Origin: Epiperipatus broadwayi
Taxonomy: Eukaryota; Animalia; Onychophora
Assembly (NCBI GenBank): GCA_028023455.1
Contig: JAQFVV010000004.1
Coordinates: 20,522,001-20,586,000 of the forward strand
Direction: 5' to 3'
DNA: 64,000 nt
In this document: positions 1-11,289 of the stretch, piece after piece
Layout: every line of letters starts with the position of its first letter
How positions within the stretch are numbered: position 1 is the first letter of the stretch
Notes under the pieces: generated by a model
Databases searched by the model: none
Seen by the model: only the letters and a program-made list of their open reading frames with translations
What the model was told of the DNA's origin: nothing
Translations under genes and position numbers: made by a program

Positions 1-140
1 TTGAAATATTTGTCATGAGTGGATTATATTTTCCAGATTAAGTAATTGTATTTTATTATAATTATAGTATGTGAAGTAAAGTAGTGTATTTCTCTTGTTT
101 TTCAATGATGAGACAAAGTCCACACCAGTATTTAAACCTC

Positions 141-220
141 TGAAATTAGGCTAGGGAGTCAATGTGTTATGTTATTTAGATGAAATTAGGCTAGGGAATC
201 AATGCGTTTTGTTATTTAGA
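141..220. repeat. 40-bp tandem duplication (2 copies)
   Basis: tgaaattaggctaggga(g/a)tcaatg(t/c)gtt(a/t)tgttatttaga occurs at 141-180 and 181-220. Confidence 0.9.
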
Positions 221-764
221 TGATTAGAGTTAAGAAAGTCTTTTTATCCCTCATTTTCCCATCATTTAAAGAGAATAAAGGTAGAATTGATTTCTTTCAC
301 AGAATATCTTAAGTAAAATTAGTGTTAAAGCTTGGTTGACCATGGCATCATCCGTATTATGGATTATATTCCAATTTCATAAGTAAATGATTGGATATAG
401 CTATGTTAATTATTTTACAACAGGTAGCACAATTCAGACGTATGCATAAAATGATGTTAATTCAGAAGGTATGGAGAAAATCTATCACTGATTTGTAATT
501 CTTTAATCAATGTTTCATATCATATACTAATTATTTTAAGTTTTATATCATCAATTCTCAGAATGTTTCATCCTCATTTTGAATGAGCAAGCAAGAGAAA
601 AGAAAGTATAGCTAATTAATAGAATTATTTACTTGATTTATGAAGGATAGTTGACCTCTTACTCATAGATTTAAACCCCTATTGTATTATTTTGATGTTT
701 GACTACCCTAGTGTTGACTTAGTTAGCAGAATGTTGGAATTAGATAATAGCATATGTGTATTTT

Positions 765-1210
765 AAATAAAATACCAAGAAGTTTAATTTTATATTTTAC
801 TATTTTAGTGCTGGTGTTTATAATGTTTCTTTTCATAAGCTTATCAGAATTGACTGATAGCTTTCTTATATTTGGGATAAAATACTAAGTTTAGTTTCAT
901 ATTTTACTATTTTAGTGCTAGTGTTTATAAGTGTTTCTTTCTCATAAGCATATCAGAATTGACTGATAGCTTGTGTATATTTTATAAGTAAAATACCAAG
1001 AAGTTTAGTTTCATATTTTGCTATTTTAGTGCTAGTATTATAATGTTTCTGTATCATACGCATATCAGAAATGACTGATAGCTTGCATATAAGTTTAATT
1101 TCATATTTAATCATTTAGTGTAGTGCTAATAAATGTTTCTTGTCACTGGCTTATCAGAATGGACTGCTAGCTGGTATATGTTGGAACAAAATATAAGAAA
1201 GTTTATGTTG
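765..1210. repeat. Degenerate minisatellite, ~110-120-bp unit, ~4 copies
   Basis: The motifs aagtttartttcatatttt, ttagtgct and atcagaa.tgactgatagct recur four times. Confidence 0.85.
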
Positions 1211-2009
1211 ACATTATTTATTCTTATGTAATCTATTCAGTTATTAATATTGGAATTATCCAAAACATATATATTTGAAAATTAGAAATGCAAAATGTTT
1301 ATTTAGTATATCTTATAATAAATGTTTTATTTATTTAAAAACTTTGTTCAGAGTTCTTCTTTGGCAGGCATTCATGTTCTATGTTTCCACACATGCACAC
1401 ACCCTTACATATCCAATATGATATGATTGCACTATTCCATAAATTTAATGATGAATATGTTCAGATCTGATGATGTTGTTCGCTTGATCCAAACACTATA
1501 AGAAATACTTAACTATTTTGATGATTCTCTGGAAATTTTATTGCTCAGTTATTATTTAGATGATGAATTAAAAGCAAAATGCACCCTATTTCTTCATTGT
1601 CTAACTACTATTATTTTATTAGAATAATGCTTAATTTATGTCATTACTTTTATGATGATAATTAGTAGTTATTGTATAGATTTTAAATTAAGCCATACAA
1701 TAAATTAATTCCCGGAGATATTCCCTTATTATTTTAGATTAGACATTATTTTAAATTGCTGTATAAGTCAAGTAGTGCTATATTTTATATTCAGAACTGC
1801 ATCTTTATTTTATTAGTTTAATTCTATCACAGTAAAGGTTGTTTGATGCATTTAGATGATGGGAAGAGATGAGGTTAAACTATAATTTGTAAATTTAAAT
1901 GGTGGAACTCTACCAATTTCAATTATTTATTTATTTTAAAACTTAATAGATGTTTTACTCATAATAATTCATAATGTCTCCTATGTTTAGTATGCATTTT
2001 ACACCATGT

Positions 2010-2178
2010 AGATCTCTGTAGCCCCCACTGAGCTAAGCTATAGTAGGACAGCATTATAAGAATCTCACTAATAATTAAAAGCAAGATCAGGCTAGCAGTT
2101 TATTCTATGATCAGTAGAATTGGCGCCCCGAGTATTTATTGATAGGAAGTGTAGGATAGATGATGGGGGAGGGTTACA
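2010..2178. mobile_element. Possible 3' end of an LTR-like element related to 29755-31643
   Basis: Shares actgagct and the TGGCGCCC motif with 31270-31360. Ends ...gggttaCA followed by ATAT, like the other family members. Confidence 0.35.
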
Positions 2179-3531
2179 ATATAAAATAAATCATTTCTAG
2201 TTATATTAGGAATTCTATAATTTATATTATGAATATATTTTTAGTTTTTTTTAAGCAAACAAATTGCATAAAGTTGTGCTAAAGAATGAATGAATGTTCA
2301 TCATTTTTATTTATATATAAGAACATGAAATACTTATTGATTAGTTGAGATTATTCACTTTAAAATAATAATTCAGAAATTCTTAGAAATCAAAAATTAT
2401 ATTTATATAAAATAGAATATAAAAAGCACAAAACAATAGATTTTTATTTATAGTATTTATTTTTTAATGGCAAATACATAGTCTAACTAAAATATTTATA
2501 AATTAAATTAATAACAAAACACAGCCTTCTATTTTAAAAATAGCCCATTAATTTCAATATATAACACTCCAACATTTAGACTATATTCTTTTATAGTTTA
2601 ATAGTTCATATAATAAATCAAGATTTATAAAGAAGTTGCATATGATTTGTTTTATATATTAAAACATATATATAGACTACATACATTGTATATAAGTTTA
2701 TTTTATCAAAATAGATTAGAAAGACAGAACTTTAATCAAAATTACTCCTAATTCAGCACTAAACTTATAATTATTTTATTGATTAGTTTAGCTTTAGACT
2801 TTTAATGTTTACATTTTGAAGAGTAATTTAAGTATTTATATAAATATTTATTCAAACTAACTAATTTTTAAACTTACATTCATAAGTGTTTATATATTAT
2901 AAATCTGGAAATTTGATGTTGTAATGGACAAAATAATGATCAAAAAATTTTTAAAAAAATAACTACTACATATATTTATTATTCTCAGCTTATCAAATTG
3001 CTTTCACATTAATATATTTTGTTTATGCTTCAATTAATTGAATTAAATTTAGAAAGAAAATAAACTAATAATGACAAATATTTTGATTAATATTCTTAGT
3101 CTCGCTATATATATATGAGTATATACACAAATTATTTTTACAACGATTATAAATAAATTTATTCCATGAATAAAGACTTGCTAGTTGGACTAATTTATAG
3201 AGAGCAAACTGCAGAATTTAAAGCAGAAAGCTTTAAGATAGTCATTGTGAGCACGGTTTGTTATGTAAAAAATATATTTAAATCTTACTATATAAGATGG
3301 AGCATTTTCATATTAATTTCTTTGATTGCATGTATTATTCTGTTCAGAATATCTTCTGTGCATAACATTTCATTATGCTCCAAATTTCTAATTTTTATAA
3401 AAAAATTTATTGTTATTAATCGTGATAGTAATTATTATTATTTCCAAATACTTTTTGATTTTGTTTTAATAAATTACCCAATGATTTTTTTTTCCTATTG
3501 GGTTTATTCCGATTGAGAGAGATAACAATCA

Positions 3532-4770
3532 GATGAGATGTGATGCTTCTCCTTTTTTGGAGCCAGGAATCTCTCAGCCACTATGTCTAGAGAAACCTGT
3601 TAGCCACTTTACCTTCCCTTTCCATTCCCTGCCCTAAGTTTTTACCATATTCTTCTCTATCCTACTCCATCCCATTTCCACAACATAATCTTTGTCAACT
3701 CCATGGCCTTTATATCTAAATCCCCCTTATCTTTTTTCAAACCTAGCATAAAAACCAAGAACTCACTTTCTGTATAATCACTTTGTTTATATTTATACTT
3801 TCACAACTTCATTATTTATATTCTTTCTGCTTGCAGGCATTTACATTCAATTAACAGATGCCTAATAATTTCTATGCCTCCCTTACACAACTTGAAGATT
3901 AAATCAACCACATTTTTGTCATTTATGTGTATATTTCCTTATTGCTAATGATCCTGTTCAAGCCTTAAACAGTAAACTACTTCCCTTACTATTATCATAA
4001 ATTAACTCACACCCAATATTCTGTTTATTTCTATATATTTTTTTAAATTCTTTTTAGTCTCCATACTAGTTTGCCAACTCTCTATTCTTTATTAATACAT
4101 CTATTCTTCTATCCCATTCCTTGCCATTATAACACTCAGTAATTCTACTACCACAATCATCCCACCTTTTGTATAAGTATACTGACATAAATTCTTTATC
4201 CAAATATTCTGCATACCTTACTCATCCATCTTGTTGCCTGACCTTTACTCATAACCCAATTAAATACTATTTTGAATATTCTCATATTATCCATAAACTG
4301 CAATCTACTGAACATTTTCATTTAGCTTTTTGCATCTCATATAAAAACTTGCCCATTTGATTTCTTTTTGAATTGCCTCTTTTGCCATCCACACATCTGC
4401 ATCTAATGCATGTCATCCTACTTCTCTTTGTACTTTTTCTAAGTAATCTAACACCCCTTTACTAACGCATCACCATATATTAACCCTGCTACTGTCATCT
4501 CCCATACAATTCTGGCCATATATTTATTATATGAAAACACTTAATTTCTTTATCCGTATCTTTCTTTTCTTTGCTTCATTTATGAATTTTTTTCTCCCAT
4601 TCATCCAAGCAATTCCCAAATAGTTATACTTATTCACCACACTTAACTTTATATACCCCAATAAAAATTCTTTGTCTTCTCTTTCCCCAGTATTAATCAT
4701 CATTACTTTTGATTTTTCTTCACACAGTCATAATAATGCACCATGTTATCTACCAGTAATCAAATAAAAC
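3532..4770 (-). mobile_element. 5'-truncated non-LTR retrotransposon (RT C-terminus, CCHC finger, short CATCW tail); same family as 41821-43998
   Basis: Long alignment to 41830-43000. The minus strand carries YKYLGI-type RT and zinc-finger remnants. 3' tail catcacatctcatc. Confidence 0.8.
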
Positions 4771-4887
4771 TTTATTAGTTATTTTAAATGAGCTTGCCTG
4801 ATATTTCTACAACTTGTGATTAATTTTTATTTTGGATTTTAGTTATAAATATCATTTATATATATGCTTATTTGTGTATACATATTT

Positions 4888-5085
4888 CAAAGTGCAAACT
4901 CCATACAGTAGTGCCACCAAGTGCAAGCTTTAGTAATCAATGGATGCAAGAAAATTTATGCATAAAATCTATCTAGTGGTTATTCAATATCCACAGCTAG
5001 TTTCTAGCTTGTTACTTTTATCAATGAGGAGCTACTTTTATTAATAGCTTGTGTAAGCATATGAAATGGTAATCACATGATAATT
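4888..5085. mobile_element. Decayed copy of HHR-bearing repeat family A (minus piece joined to a short plus piece)
   Basis: Aligns to 9280-9420 and 44600-44680. Degenerate HHR (ctagtttctagcttgttacttttatcaatgagg) at ~4997-5029. Confidence 0.75.
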
Positions 5086-7059
5086 TGCAGATAAATTGTA
5101 TACTCTTATTCCAGTTATCACATTATTTTCCAAAAACTTTGAACTTAACTTAGAATCTTTTGCTGAAAACACTTAGTATTCTTTTGTTGATCGAAAATAT
5201 TAAATTTTTCTATGATGCTGCACCCCATATGAATTTATTTTCTTTGTTTTTTTTCATGGTTCATCATCTTCACATATTTATGAATTGTTTCACTTTTTTT
5301 TTCTCAAATCAATGATAAAGAAACAACCATTTAAATATCTGTATTTAAGTTCTCTTGTTCAGATGTTGTGACAAATGATACTGATGGAGGTAATCACTTC
5401 AATAATTTTTCTCTCATTATGTTAGCTACAAGCCAATATCCAAATTTGTTGATATTTCAGAGAAATTACACTAGCTTTGACATTAACACAACTTTAAGCA
5501 GCTCAATTTCAAATAACATTGCAGATATAACAAATCTATAAACAAACAATTATTAAAATATAGCTCTGAGTATATATAATGTTTCTGAAGTAATGTGTTC
5601 ATATGCAAATCCAATAACATTTTAATAAATTTTATATCTGTATTGTTATTCAAAACAGAATTGATTAGATTGCAGCTTTGTTAAGATTGTTTTTAATGTA
5701 ACAAAAATTATTAATAAAAATCATTAATTTTCATCTCTATCTAGTAAATTAATATGAGAGGTTTATGTGTGGAAGTTTATTAAAATAACTTCAAGAAGAT
5801 CAGATTTGTAAAGAGATTCTTATAACATGTGCATATGAAGATTATTATTTCAGAAATATATATTTTCAGTGCTACACATATAATGGCCACTGTTTGTTTT
5901 AATGGAATCTATAAGTGTGTTGCTATCTGAAATTATGAACTGGTAGATTGAGATGCCCCTAATGTAATATTTCACGTGTACAAAACAATTATTCTGCTAT
6001 CTATATAGACAGGAGGGAAATAATTGGTTAATAAATTAGTAATGAGGGCAGAGCAGTGTTTGCAAGTTTATTAAAATGACTTAAGAAATTCTTAATTGTA
6101 AAGGATTCTATTTAAGAAGTACTATAATATATTCTTAATGCTACATATTTAATAGCTGTTAATTGTTTATAGTGTTCTTAAAACTAATAGGATATTTAGA
6201 ACAAGAAATTTGTTCAAAAATAAATTATTAGAAAATGAAATTATCTCATAAATATATTAACAAGAAATAAAAATGTATAATTCAAAATCAATAAACATAT
6301 ATAAAAAAATACAAAAATTTAAATATAAATCTAATTTACAATTACATTACAAAAAGAAACATAAACCAATGATCAACTTTTCAAGCTAATGCACATGCGC
6401 TTTATGAATTTTAATAATAAATGAATACTTCTCACTTCCAACATAAGATAAAGTCTTTGTGAAAGAATAGAATGAATCCACCTATTCTTTCAACACAAAT
6501 GCTTAAGTATGGGCAAATCTTAAGTACTGGAAATGAGAGCGTGAAGATATTAACCAATCACTTTAAGAAACATGAAAAATATTTTAAATTATAATAAACA
6601 TTTTTAAAAATTTAAATGGAATGTAATAATCTGTCTAAACAGTAAAAAATGAAAAACAATTAAAGATGTGTTAAATAATCATCTTTATTATCAATAATTA
6701 AAATAATCAGTCCTTGACAATGACCATAACATATGGTTGAAACATTGAAAGAAAATTTTAAAAAATTCCTAAAAGAAAATTTTAAAAGACGATTTGAATC
6801 ATATTTGTAAAGAAAATATTGAAATATTTATTATTATTTTATTAAATAATAATTTTCTTTAAATAAAACAAATAGCCTGTTTGAATATTTTCTGATTTTT
6901 CCATTAAATTATAAATAAAATAGCAAACTATTACATAAAGCATACATTGCATATAAAGTAAATATAGTGAATGAACAATATATATACACAACTAGATTAA
7001 TATCCTAATACTGATTTATTAAGTAAATGAAATATTCTTAGTCCAAAGCACAATATAAA

Positions 7060-7428
7060 ACTTTTTTAAAGAAGAACAGACCATTATCTCTTTTATCTAA
7101 ATTCATTTATAGAGGCAAATATAAAGCACTTTGCAAAGAAAGCACAGAGATCTTAAATTGATTATATTACTTCTCTAAAGCTGTATCTCATATTGCTTTA
7201 TCTTATTTTAATTGATATTTGTGAAATTTTTCAATTACAACTTGTCGATATCAAATCAAATTTCATAAATATTTAAAATAATATAAAGCAATATGAAATA
7301 TAGTTTTAAAGAAGTAATATGATCAATTTAAGATCTTCATGCTTTCTTTCCAAAGTGCTTCAGATTTGCCTATATAAATGAACTTAGGTAAAACAGATAA
7401 GACAGTCCATTCTTTTTTCTTAAAACGT
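7060..7428. repeat. Degenerate foldback (~165-bp arms, ~25-bp spacer), possibly a GIY-YIG (Penelope) remnant
   Basis: 7075-7229 is the reverse complement of ~7257-7412. The right arm reads KFIYIGKSE on the minus strand. Confidence 0.65.
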
Positions 7429-8914
7429 TTTATTTTAGGCTTTGAATTGACAATATTTCATTTACTTAATGAACTATAATGTTGGTGTGTTAATCTTATG
7501 TATTATATAATATTAATCACTAAGAAAAGTTTATATTTACGTATGTATGTATAACCAAAATTATCTTGTGTGGGTGAGATATTTATTTATCAAAGGCTAA
7601 ATACTATTTTAATACAAAAGTTTGGTCTCCCTATTTGTCTTACTACCTTCAATCACTCAAACCTTTTATATCATTGATCATTTCCCTATACTAATTGCAA
7701 TAATGGAATTGTGTGTTTGTGCAGCCACATTCCCATATTTTAACAACATATAAAGCAATTCTGATTTCAATTAACTTTTTTTTTAGCCCAAGTCTTTCAG
7801 AATTAAACAATGAAGGGGTAGTTTAATAGATTGGCAGTACCTAGTAGTGATTTTTACTTGAAACAGTAGATTTACTAATGAATGGGATTTAGCTTGGCAA
7901 AAATTTGTATTTGAGAAGCTCTATGAATTCTTCTGCCTACCATGAAAGTGGACAGAATCTAGAAAAGATATCTGAAAATAAACTATCTTAAACAACCTAG
8001 GTATAGGGTGTCTGGTAGATCATTAAAGTGATTGAATAATCGTATTATCAATAGTAATGGTAAAGCAGGGGGTAATAGTTTAAAAATAATTATCTTTTGT
8101 TTCTAAATATAGATGTGTAAAATGTACAAACTATGTAAACTCTTCAAAACCTGACCAAAGGATGACATTCGTAGGTAAGCAGCTGTAAAGATTTAAAATT
8201 TATATAGTTATTTCCAACTCATCTTCCAGAGAAGAAAGATTAATAAAACAAGTAAAAGGCTTCAAATTGTTTCAGAAAAGAATATCTACTAATAAAGGGA
8301 GACTGTGGATTTGCTATGAAGTTTAATTTAGCTATTAATAATTACCATTGGTATTTGTGCTCATTTTATTAATGTATATGCTCTAACATTGTTGTTTAAA
8401 AAAAATTTTGTTAGATAGCAGTATTATATGGCAATTTTACATACAAACAATAGCTTTTGGCCCAAAGTTGTTAGAAATATTATTTAGGTACTTTATAGTC
8501 AAATAGTCTGCTATTATTGAATTTTTGCAACACATTGATTGACTAACACCAACATTTCTTTTAGGCAGAAAAATCATTATAAAAGAACAAAAGATGCATC
8601 CATAATCAAAACAATGACATTTAACAGATTACTTTATGGTTAGAAATCATCACGAGAAGTTCATCTTGCATAATCATTTATGTTTGCAGATTACTGAATA
8701 AGGCATGTATTAATATATTACAACCTTCCAATGTTAAGATACTAGTTGTATTAAAAATATATCTTCCAATCAACTTCATAAAAAACTTGATATTCCTTTT
8801 TTTTAAAAACCATCTATTTTCTCTAAATTTCAAAAACTATACTAAAATTGCAAATATTTCTGTAGTGTAATTTTCACTATTTTAACACAAGATAGGGACT
8901 TGTTTCTATTTGTG

Positions 8915-9197
8915 TTTTTTTTTAAATCTTGTGGAGAGGTATAAACATATGACCAATGATGTATGATTCCCAAGATGCACATTTTGTGCTGAACCAGCTC
9001 TCATCAGTTGGCCCGGATCACAATCTCATATTTATCATTCTTCATTATATATAGAAAGCTAACTGGTGACTGTTGGTTGTAATCTGGGTTAACTGATAGT
9101 GCTGTTATAGCATGAAATTTGCATCTTGAAGATCATACATTTTTTTCGTGTCTTTGGTCAAATGTTATGATTACACCTCTCCACAAGAAATTAAAAA
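8915..9197. mobile_element. Old foldback insertion with an HHR-derived motif in each arm (family B)
   Basis: tcttgtggagaggt (8927-8940) pairs with acctctccacaaga (9175-9188). The arms align inward to ~9023/9077. Confidence 0.75.
8970..9011 (-). ncRNA. Decayed minimal type I hammerhead ribozyme motif
   Basis: Minus strand CCAA-CUGAUGA-GAGCUG guu CAGCAC-aAAA-UGUGCA-UC-UUGG. Stem I is intact, G12 has changed to A, and stem III is near-palindromic. Confidence 0.7.
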
Positions 9198-9264
9198 TGG
9201 ATAGAAGCCATCTTGGGTGAGATTGGTATAGTGAAAATTATATTAAAGAAATATTTATTAAGTG

Positions 9265-9644
9265 ATAAACAGAGCAAAACTCTCCATACAGTATTGCCAC
9301 CTGTGCTAAACAGAGTAATCAATGGATGCCAGAAGGCTTGTGCATAAAATCCCTATCTAATGCCTACTCATCCAATATCCCCAGACTAGTTTCTGGCTTG
9401 TGGCCTTCATCAGTGAGGAGCTTTGGATCTGAGAGCACTGCATCTAGATCTTAGGATCTAATGCAACAAGCCAGAAACTAGTCTGGGGATATTGGATGAG
9501 TAGGCATTAGATAGGGATTTTATGCACAAGCCTTCTGGCATCCATTGATTACTCTGTTTAGCACAGGTGGCAATACTATATGGAGAGTTTTGCTCTGTTT
9601 ATCAACAATTAATGTGCTAGAATAGAGATGTGATCATGTGATGC
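9265..9644. mobile_element. Palindromic HHR family A insertion: 139-bp arms (1 mismatch), 64-bp spacer, 13-bp TSD
   Basis: Arms 9263-9401 and 9466-9604. TATTTATTAAGTG at 9252-9264 and 9645-9657. Confidence 0.92.
9379..9418 (-). ncRNA. Minimal type I hammerhead ribozyme, core intact
   Basis: Minus strand CCUCA-CUGAUGA-A-GGC cacaa GCC-A-GAAAC-UA-GUC/UGGGG. Stem I is 5 bp; stem III is the palindrome ACUAGU. Confidence 0.85.
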
Positions 9645-10079
9645 TATTTATTAAGTGGTTAATCTTTAGTCTAATGAATGACTAAAAAATATATACTAAA
9701 ATTGCTAATATGAATTTTCAAGATTAGTGTGTAGTTGAGATAATTCTCTTAAAGAATATGTGAATCTACTCTTGGATTCATTAAAAAGAAGACTCCTGAT
9801 CAATTCTATAACAATTTATGAAGATAAAAGTTTGTTTTATAGAATATTACAAAAACTTGTAATATAGTTTCTTCTTTAGAGATTCAATTTACAGTGTCAT
9901 GTTATCTATCATCATTTTTTCTAACATGCACGCATTCATTCTGGCTTATTTAAAGTTAGTAATGTGTATCTAATTGTCTTATTTACATATTTTACTTTGA
10001 ATCCAATTTTCTTAATCCTAATATACATATCTCCACTTGATTGTGTGCTTTTCCTCTTTGTATTGTTTTTTTTTTTTGT

Positions 10080-11230
10080 TAAAGGCCCAAGTCTCAGAAT
10101 CATAAGGGCATATTTATTAAAAATCTTTTTTTTTTTTTTTCAAGTATATAAACAAATCTATCTAAAGCATTTCATCCATGTTTAATTTCATAAAAATTTT
10201 ATCCATTATGTTTCCATCTGTATTAATAATTTTATACAGCTTTTATAAATATTAACTTTTAATACATTATCAATCCATATTTTCTTGTTTTTGAAAATCA
10301 ATTAACTATCACTTTTGTCTGTTTTATCCGTAGCTCTTGCTTGCAGTGCTATTTGTAATAATATCTATAAAATCTAGATGACTTAAGTAATCTCCATTTA
10401 TTTTTATTCTTGGTTTTATTTTAATCCACAAAATAACTTCTGACCTACTTTAAAACTTTTCAGAAATGATATCTTTCTCTGCTATAACCTCTTAATCTCA
10501 TTTTCATTAATGTTACCATATAATTTAATCATTAGTGATATATTTTGATAAATAGTTCTTCAAATCATGATGTTCCAAAGCTTGCCACAGATGAAATGCT
10601 TGCAACGTAAAACGTCTTGTAATTTGCGCTTAATGCAAAATGGAAATCAATACTTATTGGTCTTTTCTGTAAATTCTCTTATGATAAATTGTGATTTAAC
10701 AAGCTACAACAGCTTTTAAATGCAATTTGACTTTTTTTTTTTTGATTTGTGTTCAAAATGATTTTAGTGAATATGATAGGGAAAAAAATTTTTTTCGCCA
10801 TCTTTTTAAAAATTCACTATTATAATACAATTATCTGGCATATTCTTAGAATTTAGATATTTTATTATAACTATACTGATAATTTCTCTACCCCCCCCCC
10901 TTTTTTTTTTTAAAAATATCTGTAATGGATTTCACCATCTTTTGCTCTTCGTAGATTTAATGTCATATCTTATTTTTTCATTTCAATTGATTTATGAGAC
11001 ATTTTGTCTATTTTATAATGCAATTTTTTATAGCATTCTTTCATTAATTAAAAAGATATCCGTTTTAATAATCAAGCCTTTTTTTTTTTTTTTTGCTAAA
11101 ATAATTATTACTTTTCACTAATAAGAAATTTTATATCTTATATTATTTTCTATAGCTTCATTTGGTAGTTTGGAATCATATTTTGTATATCATTATCAAC
11201 CTCATAAAATTCCACATATTTAATTTGTTC
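10080..11230 (-). mobile_element. Decayed RTE-clade LINE fragment (linker and RT)
   Basis: Aligns to the RTE pieces at 24975-26205 and 59370-59940. Many stops and frameshifts. Confidence 0.6.
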
Positions 11231-11289
11231 TGAATGAATCATTTCAAATTATCTTTGCATTCATTCCCCCCCCCCCATATATATTGGGT

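Noticed and set aside
1460-1510. CTGATGA followed by a possible stem and CAAAC
   Set aside because: No GAAA, and no convincing stem I or II; at best a very decayed HHR.
3166-3516. 116-aa ORF
   Set aside because: F/I/L/Y-rich translation of AT-rich DNA with no recognisable motif. Most other short ORFs in the track were dismissed for the same reason or as antisense frames of TE remnants.
7830-8400. Possible CR1-like RT remnant or plus-strand exons (also 8565-8640)
   Set aside because: Too degenerate to assign; no consistent reading frame or recognisable host protein.
11262-11276. G11 run on the minus strand followed by TG, resembling a Gypsy PPT/3' LTR start
   Set aside because: RTE sequence begins within ~40 bp and no matching 5' LTR could be aligned.
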